Assembly: GCA_031422435.1 (NCBI GenBank)
Contig: JANPLU010000023.1
Coordinates: 1 to 38,297, forward strand
Reading direction: 5' to 3'
DNA length: 38,297 nucleotides
Source of the DNA: Acaryochloridaceae cyanobacterium VAR_48_metabat_390
GTDB taxonomy: Bacteria > Cyanobacteriota > Cyanobacteriia > Thermosynechococcales > Thermosynechococcaceae
Shown here: positions 29,689 through 38,297 of the stretch, one piece after another
Layout of the letters: the number at the start of each line of letters is the position of its first letter
How positions within the stretch are numbered: the first letter of the stretch is position 1
Made by a program: the position numbers and the translations under genes
Notes under the pieces: generated by a model
Database searches by the model: none
What the model saw: only the letters and a program-made list of their open reading frames with translations
Told to the model about the DNA's origin: nothing

Positions 29689-30168
29689 ATGAGTATTGAG
29701 ATTGGCCTTCCTGCCCCACGTTTCACCCTCAATAATGCCCAAGGTAAAGCAACGAGTTTGATAGATTTCCGAGGGCAGTGGGTCATTTTGTACTTCTACC
29801 CCAGAGACAATACGCCAGGCTGTATTAAAGAAGCCTGTGGATTTCGTGACCATCATGCAGCCTTTACGGCACAGAAATTTCAGGTTTTAGGGGTAAGCGC
29901 AGATCATGAAGCGTCTCACCAAAAGTTTATTCGCAAGTTTGATCTCCCCTTTATGCTGCTGTGTGACCCTGAAGGTACCGTGGCAAAAACCTACGACAGC
30001 TACGGGCCTAAGAAATTCATGGGTAAATCCTATGAAGGTGTATTTCGGCAAACCTTTATACTTGACCCTACCGGAAATATTGCTAAGATTTACCGCAAGG
30101 TAAAACCTGAAACCCACGCTAAAAAACTTTTAGCAGATATCTCTCTTCTCATTGATGCAGCGGCATGA
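29689..30168 (+). CDS. bcp: thioredoxin-dependent thiol peroxidase (BCP/PrxQ)
   Basis: LYFYPRDNTPGCIKEACGFRD, GVSAD and R.TF motifs. Confidence 0.93.
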   Translation: MSIEIGLPAPRFTLNNAQGKATSLIDFRGQWVILYFYPRDNTPGCIKEACGFRDHHAAFTAQKFQVLGVSADHEASHQKFIRKFDLPFMLLCDPEGTVAKTYDSYGPKKFMGKSYEGVFRQTFILDPTGNIAKIYRKVKPETHAKKLLADISLLIDAAA

Positions 30169-30623
30169 ACTTACAGCAGTGGTCTTTTATCCAGTCTGCC
30201 TTAAGACTAATCTTCCGGCATCCAATTTGCGGGGTCGTGATGGTTCCAGTACTAGCAGATGGTCGTATTGTACTGGTGCGTCGTCGGGATAACGGCTGCT
30301 GGAGCTTACCAGGCGGCATGATTGAGTGGGGAGAAGATATCCCTACTACCATTGCGCGGGAGCTTCAGGAAGAGACGGGGCTACAGGTCACACAAATTGG
30401 GCGATTGGTGGGGGTATATTCTGCCCCGAAGCGCGACCCTAGATTTCACTCTATCTGCACTACAGTTGAGGTGATGGTTGAGGGGTCACTTTACGTGAAT
30501 GATACACAGGAGATTTTTGAGGTGCAGGCTTTTGAGCCGACGCAAATTCTGATGGATGAACTCGCTCATGACCACTGCCAGCAGCTTACCCATTACTGGC
30601 AAGGTGCAACCATCTTGGCCTAG
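30165..30623 (+). CDS. Nudix hydrolase
   Basis: Nudix box GGMIEWGEDIPTTIARELQEETGL; ATGA overlap with bcp. Confidence 0.92.
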   Translation: MNLQQWSFIQSALRLIFRHPICGVVMVPVLADGRIVLVRRRDNGCWSLPGGMIEWGEDIPTTIARELQEETGLQVTQIGRLVGVYSAPKRDPRFHSICTTVEVMVEGSLYVNDTQEIFEVQAFEPTQILMDELAHDHCQQLTHYWQGATILA

Positions 30624-30788
30624 TCGCAGTGGTTGAGTCATCTTGGCGGAACTTCTGCGGTGGATTAAGGTCAATACTAAATGTATATGAACAGATTCTG
30701 CTGTGAAATCTGAGCTTAAATTTATCAATCGTTGAAGCGGCATGTTTGGTGCCGTATGGAAAAAGTTTTAAGAAGGAGAACTATTTTT

Positions 30789-31484
30789 ATGCTGAAACAG
30801 CACTTGCACGCTAGCGTTGCAGTTTTAACGGCCTTTAGTCTTGGGACTGGAGCCATGATTGTTCCCTTGATTGGGTTTGAGCGTCCGGCTGCCGCTGGGA
30901 TCTTTGCTCAGCAAGGCAGCAGCGGTGCCCTGCAGCGCAGAACTATTTCGCAAAATACGTTAGGACGGATTCAAGAAGGAACCACCTTTGATGTGGTTGA
31001 GCCAGATGGCAAACGCATTATCGTAACGCCAGACGAAACGGCTTCGGTGACGCTGGTCACAAGGGATGCCGTGCGATCGCAGGCAGGCACGGTTTTGATT
31101 CCTAGACAGACTAGGATTGACGGTGAGTTTCGGCCTGAGGGAGATGGGACTCAGTTTGTGGCGCGTCGCATTATTTTTAGAGACGGAACTGAGCGAAATC
31201 TTGAGGCCCGCAGCAATGTGGTGAACTACCGCAGAAAAATTCAGAAAGGAACCAACACCGACGCGATCTGGCAAGGTGCTTTAGTGGGCGGTGGCGCATC
31301 TGTACTTATTTCTAGCATCGTCACCAGACCAGGTATTTTCAAGACCCTCGCGGGTGCTGGAGCAGGGGCTTTAGCTGGATATCTTTTATCCGGTCGAAAA
31401 AGAACTGAGGTAATTGTGGTGAGACCCGATGAACCACTGTCCCTAACCCTAGATTCAGATCTGGTAATCGGCAGCAGATACTAA
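30789..31484 (+). CDS. exported hypothetical protein with C-terminal glycine-zipper-like segment
   Basis: AAGGAG RBS before ATG 30789, signal peptide (…PAAA), beta-rich core (G.VLIP..T.I.G…P…G.QFVA) and GALVGGG…AGAGAGALAG. The ORF is open from 30732. Confidence 0.82.
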   Translation: MLKQHLHASVAVLTAFSLGTGAMIVPLIGFERPAAAGIFAQQGSSGALQRRTISQNTLGRIQEGTTFDVVEPDGKRIIVTPDETASVTLVTRDAVRSQAGTVLIPRQTRIDGEFRPEGDGTQFVARRIIFRDGTERNLEARSNVVNYRRKIQKGTNTDAIWQGALVGGGASVLISSIVTRPGIFKTLAGAGAGALAGYLLSGRKRTEVIVVRPDEPLSLTLDSDLVIGSRY

Positions 31485-31580
31485 TTTAGTTGGAGATGCA
31501 AGTTCAATGAACTAAGGTTTGGATAAGTTCACTTTGAAAATTGAATTACCATAAGAGCAGTGAAGTCCAATGAGGGTTCT

Positions 31581-33317
31581 ATGGTAATGACAGCAGCGCA
31601 GCCCGCTCAGGCCAGCAAACGGTTAACGACCCAAACCTTAGACTTTGCCCCCGATACTACGGTCATTCGATCGCTCGATTGGGATAGAGACCGCTTTGAT
31701 ATTGAGTTCGGCCTCCAGAATGGCACTACTTATAACTCTTTTGTTATACGCGGCGAAAAAACAGCGCTGGTCGACACCTCCCACGAAAAATTTCGTCAGC
31801 TTTACCTAGATGCCCTCACAGGCGTGATTGACCTCACCATGCTGGATTACCTGGTTGTGAGCCACACCGAACCGGATCACAGCGGGTTGGCGGCGGATAT
31901 CTTGGAATTAGCGCCTCAGGTGGTGGTGGTGGCCTCAAAGGTTGCCATACAGTTTTTAGAAGACCTGGTGCATCAGCCTTTTGAACGGATTGTGGTTAAG
32001 AATGCCGACAAGTTAGACCTTGGTAACGGTCACGTTTTGGAGTTTGTGATGGCTCCTAATCTGCACTGGCCTGACACCATTTTTACCTACGATGCCAAGA
32101 CCAGCATTCTCTACACCTGTGATGCGTTTGGGCTGCACTACTGCACTGAAGATATCTTTGATACCGATCTCAACGCCATTAACCCAGACTTTCGGTTTTA
32201 CTATGAGTGCCTGATGGCACCCAATGCGCGCTCGGTTCTCTCTGCGATGAAGCGGATGGACGAACTGCCTGGGGTGGATCTGATTGCGACAGGCCACGGC
32301 CCACTGCTGTCTCATCACGTCAAGGTGCTGACCCAAAACTATCGAGAGTGGAGTCAGGCGAAAGCGAAGGCGGAGGCAACCGTGGCTGTGTTTTATGTTT
32401 CTGACTATGGCTACAGCGATCGCCTGTCTCAGTCTATTGCGCGAGGCATCACCAAAACTGAGGTTGCGGTGGAGATGATGGATCTTAAATCTGCTGAACC
32501 TCAGGAAGTAGGGGAACTTGCCAGTCGCGCCCAGGGCTTAGTGCTGTGTGCCCCTCCCAGTTCTGGCGCAGTAGGAACCGTGGCAAAGGCGGCGTTAGGA
32601 ACGCTCTTAGCAGCAGTGAAGGCTAAGCAAACCATTGGGCTGTTTGAAGCCTATGGTGGAGATGATGAGCCGATCGATCCGCTAATTAATCAGTTCCGTG
32701 ATTTGGGGCTGACCCTAGGGTTTGAGCCAATTCGCATTAAGTCAACGCCGACGGATTTAACCTATCAGCTTTGTGAGGAGGCTGGGACGGACTTAGGGCA
32801 GATCCTGATCCGCGATCGCAAAATTAAGGCCAAAAAGTCAATCAACAGCGACCTCGAAAAGGCGTTGGGTCGGCTTTCCGGTGGGCTGTACATTATTACG
32901 GCAAAGAAGGGGGATGTGACGGGGGCAATGTTGGCCTCTTGGGTAACTCAGGCCAGCTTTGAGCCATTAGGGTTTACGGTGGCGGTGGCAAAAGATCGGG
33001 CGATTGAGTCTTTGATGCAGGTGGGCGATCGCTTTGTCCTCAATACGCTAGAAGAAGGAAAGCACCTACCGCTTATGAAGCATTTTCTCAAGCGCTTCCC
33101 GCCAGGGGCCGATAGGTTTGCAGGTATTAAAACTCAGGTGGCGAGTAACGGCAGCCCCATTTTAACTGAGGCATTGGCCTATCTAGAGTGCGAGGTAGTG
33201 AGCCGCATGGAGTGTAGCGATCACTGGCTGGTTTATAGCCAAGTGAAAGCTGGGCGCGTGTCCAACGCTGAAGGGCTGACGGCGGTTCATCACCGGAAGG
33301 TAGGCAATTACTATTAG
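31581..33317 (+). CDS. flv3: class C flavodiiron protein (diflavin flavoprotein), Flv3-like
   Basis: RSLDWDRDRFDIEFGLQNGTTYNSF and canonical di-iron ligands HTEPDH, LHWPD, CDAFG and GHG; flavodoxin domain; C-terminal flavin reductase ending HHRKVGNYY. Flv3 versus Flv4 is not rigorously resolved. The ORF is open from 31560. Confidence 0.88.
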   Translation: MVMTAAQPAQASKRLTTQTLDFAPDTTVIRSLDWDRDRFDIEFGLQNGTTYNSFVIRGEKTALVDTSHEKFRQLYLDALTGVIDLTMLDYLVVSHTEPDHSGLAADILELAPQVVVVASKVAIQFLEDLVHQPFERIVVKNADKLDLGNGHVLEFVMAPNLHWPDTIFTYDAKTSILYTCDAFGLHYCTEDIFDTDLNAINPDFRFYYECLMAPNARSVLSAMKRMDELPGVDLIATGHGPLLSHHVKVLTQNYREWSQAKAKAEATVAVFYVSDYGYSDRLSQSIARGITKTEVAVEMMDLKSAEPQEVGELASRAQGLVLCAPPSSGAVGTVAKAALGTLLAAVKAKQTIGLFEAYGGDDEPIDPLINQFRDLGLTLGFEPIRIKSTPTDLTYQLCEEAGTDLGQILIRDRKIKAKKSINSDLEKALGRLSGGLYIITAKKGDVTGAMLASWVTQASFEPLGFTVAVAKDRAIESLMQVGDRFVLNTLEEGKHLPLMKHFLKRFPPGADRFAGIKTQVASNGSPILTEALAYLECEVVSRMECSDHWLVYSQVKAGRVSNAEGLTAVHHRKVGNYY

Positions 33318-33404
33318 GCTGCCTATTTTGGGTTCTATATGCGTACGTTCATCCCTGAGGCCTTTTGTACTTCTTCCCATACGCTGAATTTTAACGACCA
33401 CGAA

Positions 33405-36380
33405 CTAAGGCAGAGCCAGCGGTGCCGCAATGCCATAGCCTTGAGCGTAGTCGATTCCCAATTCCTTGATGCGGTCTAGAATAGCGTCGTTTTCTACAAA
33501 TTCTGCAATGAGCTTCATGCCCATCACATGCCCGATCTGCGTCATGGCTTGAACCATGGCATTATCGACGGGGTCGGTCACAATATTGCGAATGAAGCTG
33601 CCATCAATTTTGAGGTAATTTACGGGCAGGTTTTTCAGATAGCCAAAGGAGGACATGCCGCTGCCAAAGTCATCTAGGGCAAAACGGCAGCCCATCTGCT
33701 GAAGTTCACGAATAAACTGGCTGGCTTTAGTGAGATTAACAATCGCCAAGGTTTCGGTAATTTCAAAGCAGATCAGCTGGGGCGGAATGTTGTGCAGGGC
33801 AAACTGCTGGTACAAGAAATTAATAAACTGATCGTCATTAATGCTGTCACCTGAAAGGTTGATGGCGTATAGCGCACCAGGAGCATCCCCTTCCTGGTGG
33901 CACTGCCGCTGCCATACGTCTCGGTAGTGAGCGCCTTGGGTCTTAAATAGGGTCTTGATGACCCAGCGGTCAATCAAATGCATGAGGCTGTATCGCTCAG
34001 CAGCAGGGATAAAAGCCATCGGCGGCACCAGTTTACCCTCCTCATCCCGCAGCCGCAGTAAGACTTCATAATGTTCGACTTGAGATCCGGTTGCAACGTT
34101 GGCAATGGGCTGGTAATAGAGGCAAAAGCGATCTTCCTCTAGCGCCCGCTTCAGTCGAGAGATCCACTGAATGTCGCCACGCTGCTGAAGTACAGCCTGA
34201 TCATTAGCTTGAAACAAATGAACCCGATTGCGCCCTTTATTTTTGGCGGCATAGCAGGCTGCATCTGCCACGCTCAGAAGGTCTGACACACTGATGCTCT
34301 GGGCATTAATTTCCGTTAGGCCAATACTTGCGCCAACGCTGAAGGTTTGCGTCTGCCAAACAAACCGGAAATCCTGAACGCATTCCCGTATCTGATTTGC
34401 AATGCGTAAAGACTGTTCTAGGGTGCATTCATTGAGCAGTACGCCAAATTCATCCCCGCCCAGCCGCGCTAAGGTATCACTCCGGCGCACCTGAGACTGC
34501 AAGATCCCTGAGAGCTGGCGAAGAAGTTCGTCACCACCGCTGTGACCACAGTTGTCGTTGATGCTTCTAAACTGATCGAGGTCTAGATAGCACAATGCGT
34601 GAATTTGACCGTGGGTCTGAGCCGTAGCGAGAGCCTGCGCCACGCGCTGCTCAAACTCACGTCGATTGACGAGGTGCGTTAAAGAGTCATGGCTGGCTTC
34701 CCAGGTGAGCTGCTGGGACAACCGCCGCGTTTGGGTAACATCCTGAAGTATCATCACCGCGCCAATTCTCTGACCACTGCGATCGCAAATGGGGGCAGCC
34801 GATTCTTTAATCGGAATCTCTCGACCATCTGCTGCAATCAAAACGGTATCTAAGCCTGCCGTGTGGCGTTCCTGAAGCGCTCTTTCTAAGGGATTTTCGA
34901 CAACTTCACCCGTCGCTTCATTGAACATCTTGAAAACCTCAACAAAGGGTAAACCCAGGGTTTCAAGGGGGTGCCACCCCGTTAAATGTTCGGCAACAGA
35001 GTTAAAGTACTTAATGCAGCCCGCTGCATCTGTTGTAATCACTGCATCCCTAATAGACTCAAGGGTCACTTGAGCCAGCTCTTTCTCGGTAAATAAATCT
35101 TGCTCAAGCTTTTTCTGGGCGCTGACATCCCGCACCACTAACACCACCGCATCGGCTGAGAGAGGCGAAAAGTTGGTCGAGAAATCAATTCTCTCGCCCT
35201 CAATGTCTAGGCTGTACTCGCCCTGTATGGTTTGCTGTGTCTCTAGAGCCTGCCGAATATAGCCCAGAATCACATCGGCCTGCGCGGGGGGGAAGGTTTC
35301 ATGAAGCGTTTTGCCCAGTATTTCTTCAATGGGTTTGTAGAGCTGTTGAGTGTTTGTAGAAACCAATCTTAAGCAGCGACCTTCAGCGTCCCGCACCAGT
35401 ACCATATCGGTCATGGCGGCAAAAAGCGCCTGAAGTTCTGCTTCGCTCGTTTTGAGCGAGTCTTTTACCTGCTTTTGCTTGGTAATATCAGAGAACGAAG
35501 TAACCACTGCGTAGGGCAGCGGTTCGTTGGGAAAAAAGAGCGGCTGTGAATTAATCGATATCCAGGTGAGACGCTTATCTGGCTTACGGATGCCCATGAT
35601 AACGTTGCGATAGGGTTCACCAGTGCGGAGTGTGACCACAGCCGGATGCTGTTCGCCCGGAAAAAGTGAACCGTCTTCATGGATAGCCTGCCATTGAGGA
35701 TCAAGGGAAGAGCGTCCCATCATCTGCTCAGGGGAAAGACCTAAAATGGTCGCAGCGCTAGTGTTGCTGGCAAGAATGGTAGAGGATGCATCCTGTAGGG
35801 TGATGCCCTCAGACAATGCCTCAATGATGGAATGATAGCGTTCTTGACTGTCGCGTAAGGCCAGAAGCAGCTCATTTTTTGCCTCAAACTCTGAGGCAAG
35901 ATTCAGCGAGGTTGCCAAAAATTCAGCAATGAGCTGGAGCGCCTGCACATCTTGGTCTGTGAAGGCGTGCGGGGTTGAAGCAGAAACCTTCAGCACACCT
36001 TGCCACCTTTCTGAGGTCTGAATGGGCACCACAATCATTGACTGAATGCCAATGCGACGACAGGCTTCGAGATCTACGTGCGGATCGGTGGCGACATCTG
36101 GACAATACAAAATTTCACCCGTTTTAAGACTTTGTCCAGACAAACTTTCATGAATTTTCAGCCGCTGTCCCACCGAGAGAGCAGCATTCCCGCTAGCGGA
36201 TCGACGAATGAGTTCGTCACCATTAAGTATTTCAATGGCGGCTCCTTCCGCATGGGTGAGCTGCTGCGATCGTTCTACGATGAGTGCCATCGTCTCATCT
36301 AGGCTAGAACCTTTCAGCGCGATCTCTTGCTGAAGCTGAATAATTTCACTAAGGCACAGGGTATCTTTTCTCTGGTTCAT
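33405..36380 (-). CDS. GAF-PAS-PAS-PAS-GGDEF-EAL c-di-GMP signalling protein
   Basis: N-terminal GAF, three PAS-like repeats, HDSLT.L.NR, RxxD (RRSD) plus RLGGDEF, EVLLR, FEITET, DDFGSG, LKIDGSF, AEFVE and QGY motifs. Confidence 0.93.
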   Translation of the reverse strand: MNQRKDTLCLSEIIQLQQEIALKGSSLDETMALIVERSQQLTHAEGAAIEILNGDELIRRSASGNAALSVGQRLKIHESLSGQSLKTGEILYCPDVATDPHVDLEACRRIGIQSMIVVPIQTSERWQGVLKVSASTPHAFTDQDVQALQLIAEFLATSLNLASEFEAKNELLLALRDSQERYHSIIEALSEGITLQDASSTILASNTSAATILGLSPEQMMGRSSLDPQWQAIHEDGSLFPGEQHPAVVTLRTGEPYRNVIMGIRKPDKRLTWISINSQPLFFPNEPLPYAVVTSFSDITKQKQVKDSLKTSEAELQALFAAMTDMVLVRDAEGRCLRLVSTNTQQLYKPIEEILGKTLHETFPPAQADVILGYIRQALETQQTIQGEYSLDIEGERIDFSTNFSPLSADAVVLVVRDVSAQKKLEQDLFTEKELAQVTLESIRDAVITTDAAGCIKYFNSVAEHLTGWHPLETLGLPFVEVFKMFNEATGEVVENPLERALQERHTAGLDTVLIAADGREIPIKESAAPICDRSGQRIGAVMILQDVTQTRRLSQQLTWEASHDSLTHLVNRREFEQRVAQALATAQTHGQIHALCYLDLDQFRSINDNCGHSGGDELLRQLSGILQSQVRRSDTLARLGGDEFGVLLNECTLEQSLRIANQIRECVQDFRFVWQTQTFSVGASIGLTEINAQSISVSDLLSVADAACYAAKNKGRNRVHLFQANDQAVLQQRGDIQWISRLKRALEEDRFCLYYQPIANVATGSQVEHYEVLLRLRDEEGKLVPPMAFIPAAERYSLMHLIDRWVIKTLFKTQGAHYRDVWQRQCHQEGDAPGALYAINLSGDSINDDQFINFLYQQFALHNIPPQLICFEITETLAIVNLTKASQFIRELQQMGCRFALDDFGSGMSSFGYLKNLPVNYLKIDGSFIRNIVTDPVDNAMVQAMTQIGHVMGMKLIAEFVENDAILDRIKELGIDYAQGYGIAAPLALP

Positions 36381-36570
36381 CTCTCTAACGTTCCCTGAAT
36401 TACGCCGAAATCTATGATGCCAATGGTGATCACAGTCAAAACTGAACTATCGTCGCTGTTTTGCGTTTACCTCTTAGATTTGAGACTGGATTAATTATCA
36501 GAGTTATGGTAGCAATAGCTCTTAAATTTCGCTTTCAGGAGGAATCTGCAAAAAACTATGTGGGTTTGTC

Positions 36571-36735
36571 TTTGGTGGTGCAGAGAACTCATAAAACCCT
36601 TTCAAACAAAGAATCATGAAAAATAGCAGTCTTTAGAAGATCACAATATTTGAACGAGGAGAGTGGGTTTCAGTCTCTATTTTGATCGTTCATTCTGTTT
36701 GTCATAAGAATCAAAAAGTTTTCTGCACCACTAAG
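36571..36735. mobile_element. MITE-like element, copy 1 (~165 bp, terminal inverted repeats)
   Basis: Ends GTGGTGCAGAGAACT…AGTTTTCTGCACCAC (14/15 complementary), no coding capacity; colinear with 37914-38081. Confidence 0.75.
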
Positions 36736-36777
36736 CCCATTTAACTTGCGTTTCAGAAGATAAAATAGTTTTTATTT

Positions 36778-37671
36778 CTATTTTTTCGACCAATCTTGAC
36801 CGGAGACTGCATGTTTAGAGGGACTAATGGGTGTGCCCAAATACTTAGAATAAACCTGAGTGAATTCTGCCCCCAAGAGCAAAATCTGTGCAGAATAAAA
36901 AATCCAAACTAAAACAATAATAATCGATCCAGCCGCACCATAAGCCGATCCAATACCACTATTCCCCAAATAAAGACCAATTAGGTATTTGCCAATATTA
37001 AATAATAGTGCTGTCACTCCCGCACCAATCCAGAGGTTACGCCACGGAACTTTTACATCTGGCAAAACCTTATAAATTGAAGCAAAAAGAAGGGTGACAA
37101 CGAAAACGGAAAGTAAAAAGTCAAGTGATTGTCCTAAGAATTGAAAACCGGGCCATAAATTTCTAATAAATTGAGTCACAACAATTAGAACGGTTGAGAG
37201 AAGTGAGGAAACTAATAACAAGAAGCCAATCACTAAAACCATTGCTGAGGAAAGAAAGCGAGACTGGATAAATGTAACAAGATTTCGACCAGGTTTCGGT
37301 TTGACGTCCCAAATAATATTCAAGGCTTCTTGAAGTTGACCAAAAACACCAGAAGCGCCAAGTAGTAGCGTAATTACACCAAAGACAGTTGCAATAGTAC
37401 CCCCAGAGTTAGGTTTTTGAGTATTTTGAAGCATTGCTTGAATGGTCGATGCACTGTCTTTACCGATTAAACCTTGAATTTGACCAATAATTTCTCCCCG
37501 AACAGCTTCTTCTCCAAAAAAGAAACCTGCAATAGAAATAGCAATAATTAACAAGGGTGCAATAGAAAAGACTGTATAGTAAGCCAACGACGCTGCCAAA
37601 AGCGGAACTCTGTCTTTCTGCCATTCCGCAAACGTTTCTTTTAGTAATCGCCCTGCTGTCCGTAAATTCAT
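36778..37671 (-). CDS. YihY/virulence factor BrkB-family membrane protein
   Basis: AASLAYYTVFSIAPLL, LQEALN.IW, YKVLPD and YGAAGS…LVWIFYSAQILLLGAEF motifs; visibly AT-richer than the flanking core genes. Confidence 0.92.
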   Translation of the reverse strand: MNLRTAGRLLKETFAEWQKDRVPLLAASLAYYTVFSIAPLLIIAISIAGFFFGEEAVRGEIIGQIQGLIGKDSASTIQAMLQNTQKPNSGGTIATVFGVITLLLGASGVFGQLQEALNIIWDVKPKPGRNLVTFIQSRFLSSAMVLVIGFLLLVSSLLSTVLIVVTQFIRNLWPGFQFLGQSLDFLLSVFVVTLLFASIYKVLPDVKVPWRNLWIGAGVTALLFNIGKYLIGLYLGNSGIGSAYGAAGSIIIVLVWIFYSAQILLLGAEFTQVYSKYLGTPISPSKHAVSGQDWSKK

Positions 37672-37913
37672 GGTTTTTGTATCTATAAAACAATTAAAGT
37701 TGTTTAAAATTAGAGATAACTCATTAATAGTAAATTTAGTCTATCTATCAAAAGTGATTTGACGACATACTAATCTTATAAATCTTGTAAACAATTCAAG
37801 CTTGTCATATTTCCTTTTTACATATTCAAAAAGCTTCTTGAAGATGCTAATATACCTTTTGATTTTTTGTCTATCTACTTTAAGGAAGAGAGTTATCTCT
37901 ACACCTATTTTAT

Positions 37914-38081
37914 CTTGGTGATACAGAAAATTCATGAAACCCTTATAAATAAAGAGTTGTGGAAAAGATAGCAATCTTTAGTAGATCTCAAGATTTGAAC
38001 GCGGGCAGTGGGTTTCAGCCTTTATTTTAATCGTTTATTCTGTTTGCCATAAGACTCAAAAAAGTTTTCTGCACCACTAAG
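37914..38081. mobile_element. MITE-like element, copy 2
   Basis: CTTGGTGATACAGAAAATT…AAGTTTTCTGCACCACTAAG; about 80-85% identical to copy 1 by manual alignment, same orientation. Confidence 0.75.
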
Positions 38082-38159
38082 GAGTTCCTCTTGAATCTTG
38101 GATAATGAGTAAGCGTTTTAATCTCCTCTGAGGCTTACCCGTAGGTGAAACCAATACAA

Positions 38160-38297
38160 TAGACCTCTTGCGTGAATAGAGAGAAGTCGGTAGAAGTGTG
38201 TCAAGGCTCAAGGAGGGAACAGCCATGACCTACGAGCAACTGAAACATCTCAGCCCCAGTGCGTTCAAACGTCGTTGCGGCGTGCGACGAGGCACCT
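38160..38297 (+). mobile_element. IS5-family insertion sequence, left end (truncated by window edge)
   Basis: TAGACCTCTTGC end motif, recalled from cyanobacterial IS5/ISL2-like elements, followed by an AGGAGG RBS and a transposase start. Confidence 0.75.
38225..38297 (+). CDS. IS5-family transposase, N-terminal fragment
   Basis: MTYEQLKHLSPSAFKRRCGVRRGT…; FKRxxGV is the typical N-terminal HTH start of these transposases. Confidence 0.78.
   Translation, partial: MTYEQLKHLSPSAFKRRCGVRRGT

Noticed and set aside
37741..37974. 77-aa minus-strand ORF (and 37460-37693)
   Set aside because: It starts inside the MITE-like repeat and has the K/I/F-rich composition expected from AT-rich non-coding DNA. 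The other ORF overlaps yihY out of frame.
36571..38081. CRISPR leader or array interpretation of the repeated AT-rich segments
   Set aside because: Only two long copies, each with terminal inverted repeats; no short repeat-spacer periodicity and no cas genes.

Overview
A mostly core-chromosome segment of a cyanobacterium. Evidence: roughly 30 HIP1 GCGATCGC octamers counted by eye, plus petH with a CpcD-like domain, chlP, clpR-clpP, a flavodiiron gene, hemJ and ndhQ. Both window ends run into outward-pointing, truncated insertion sequences that the ORF track missed: an IS982-type element at 1-301 and an IS5-type element from about 38160. The window is therefore probably a contig broken at IS copies. 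Housekeeping content includes lnt, a GH116 glycosidase, clpP/clpR, hemJ with a sensor kinase, queE/queC, asd-dapA-rnj, wecB, a CNNM/CBS protein, petH, chlP, an Sfp-type PPTase, bcp, a Nudix hydrolase, a flavodiiron protein and a GAF-PAS-GGDEF-EAL protein. Five features stand out. (1) A five-gene minus-strand operon (17522-20623) encodes an exported Met-rich repeat protein, a Tat-type thioredoxin, CcdA, a cytochrome b and a Tat-type MsrP-like molybdoenzyme behind a phased direct-repeat promoter; it is a candidate oxidant-scavenging and methionine-repair system. (2) Two ~165-bp MITE-like elements in direct orientation bracket an AT-rich yihY-family gene. (3) Two ~90-bp nested palindromic dispersed repeats sit in divergent promoter regions. 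(4) A secreted protein carries a tandemly duplicated uncharacterised domain. (5) A 47-aa ndhQ gene lies below the ORF-track cutoff. I saw no tRNA, rRNA or CRISPR array. All family assignments come from motif recognition and recall, not database searches.
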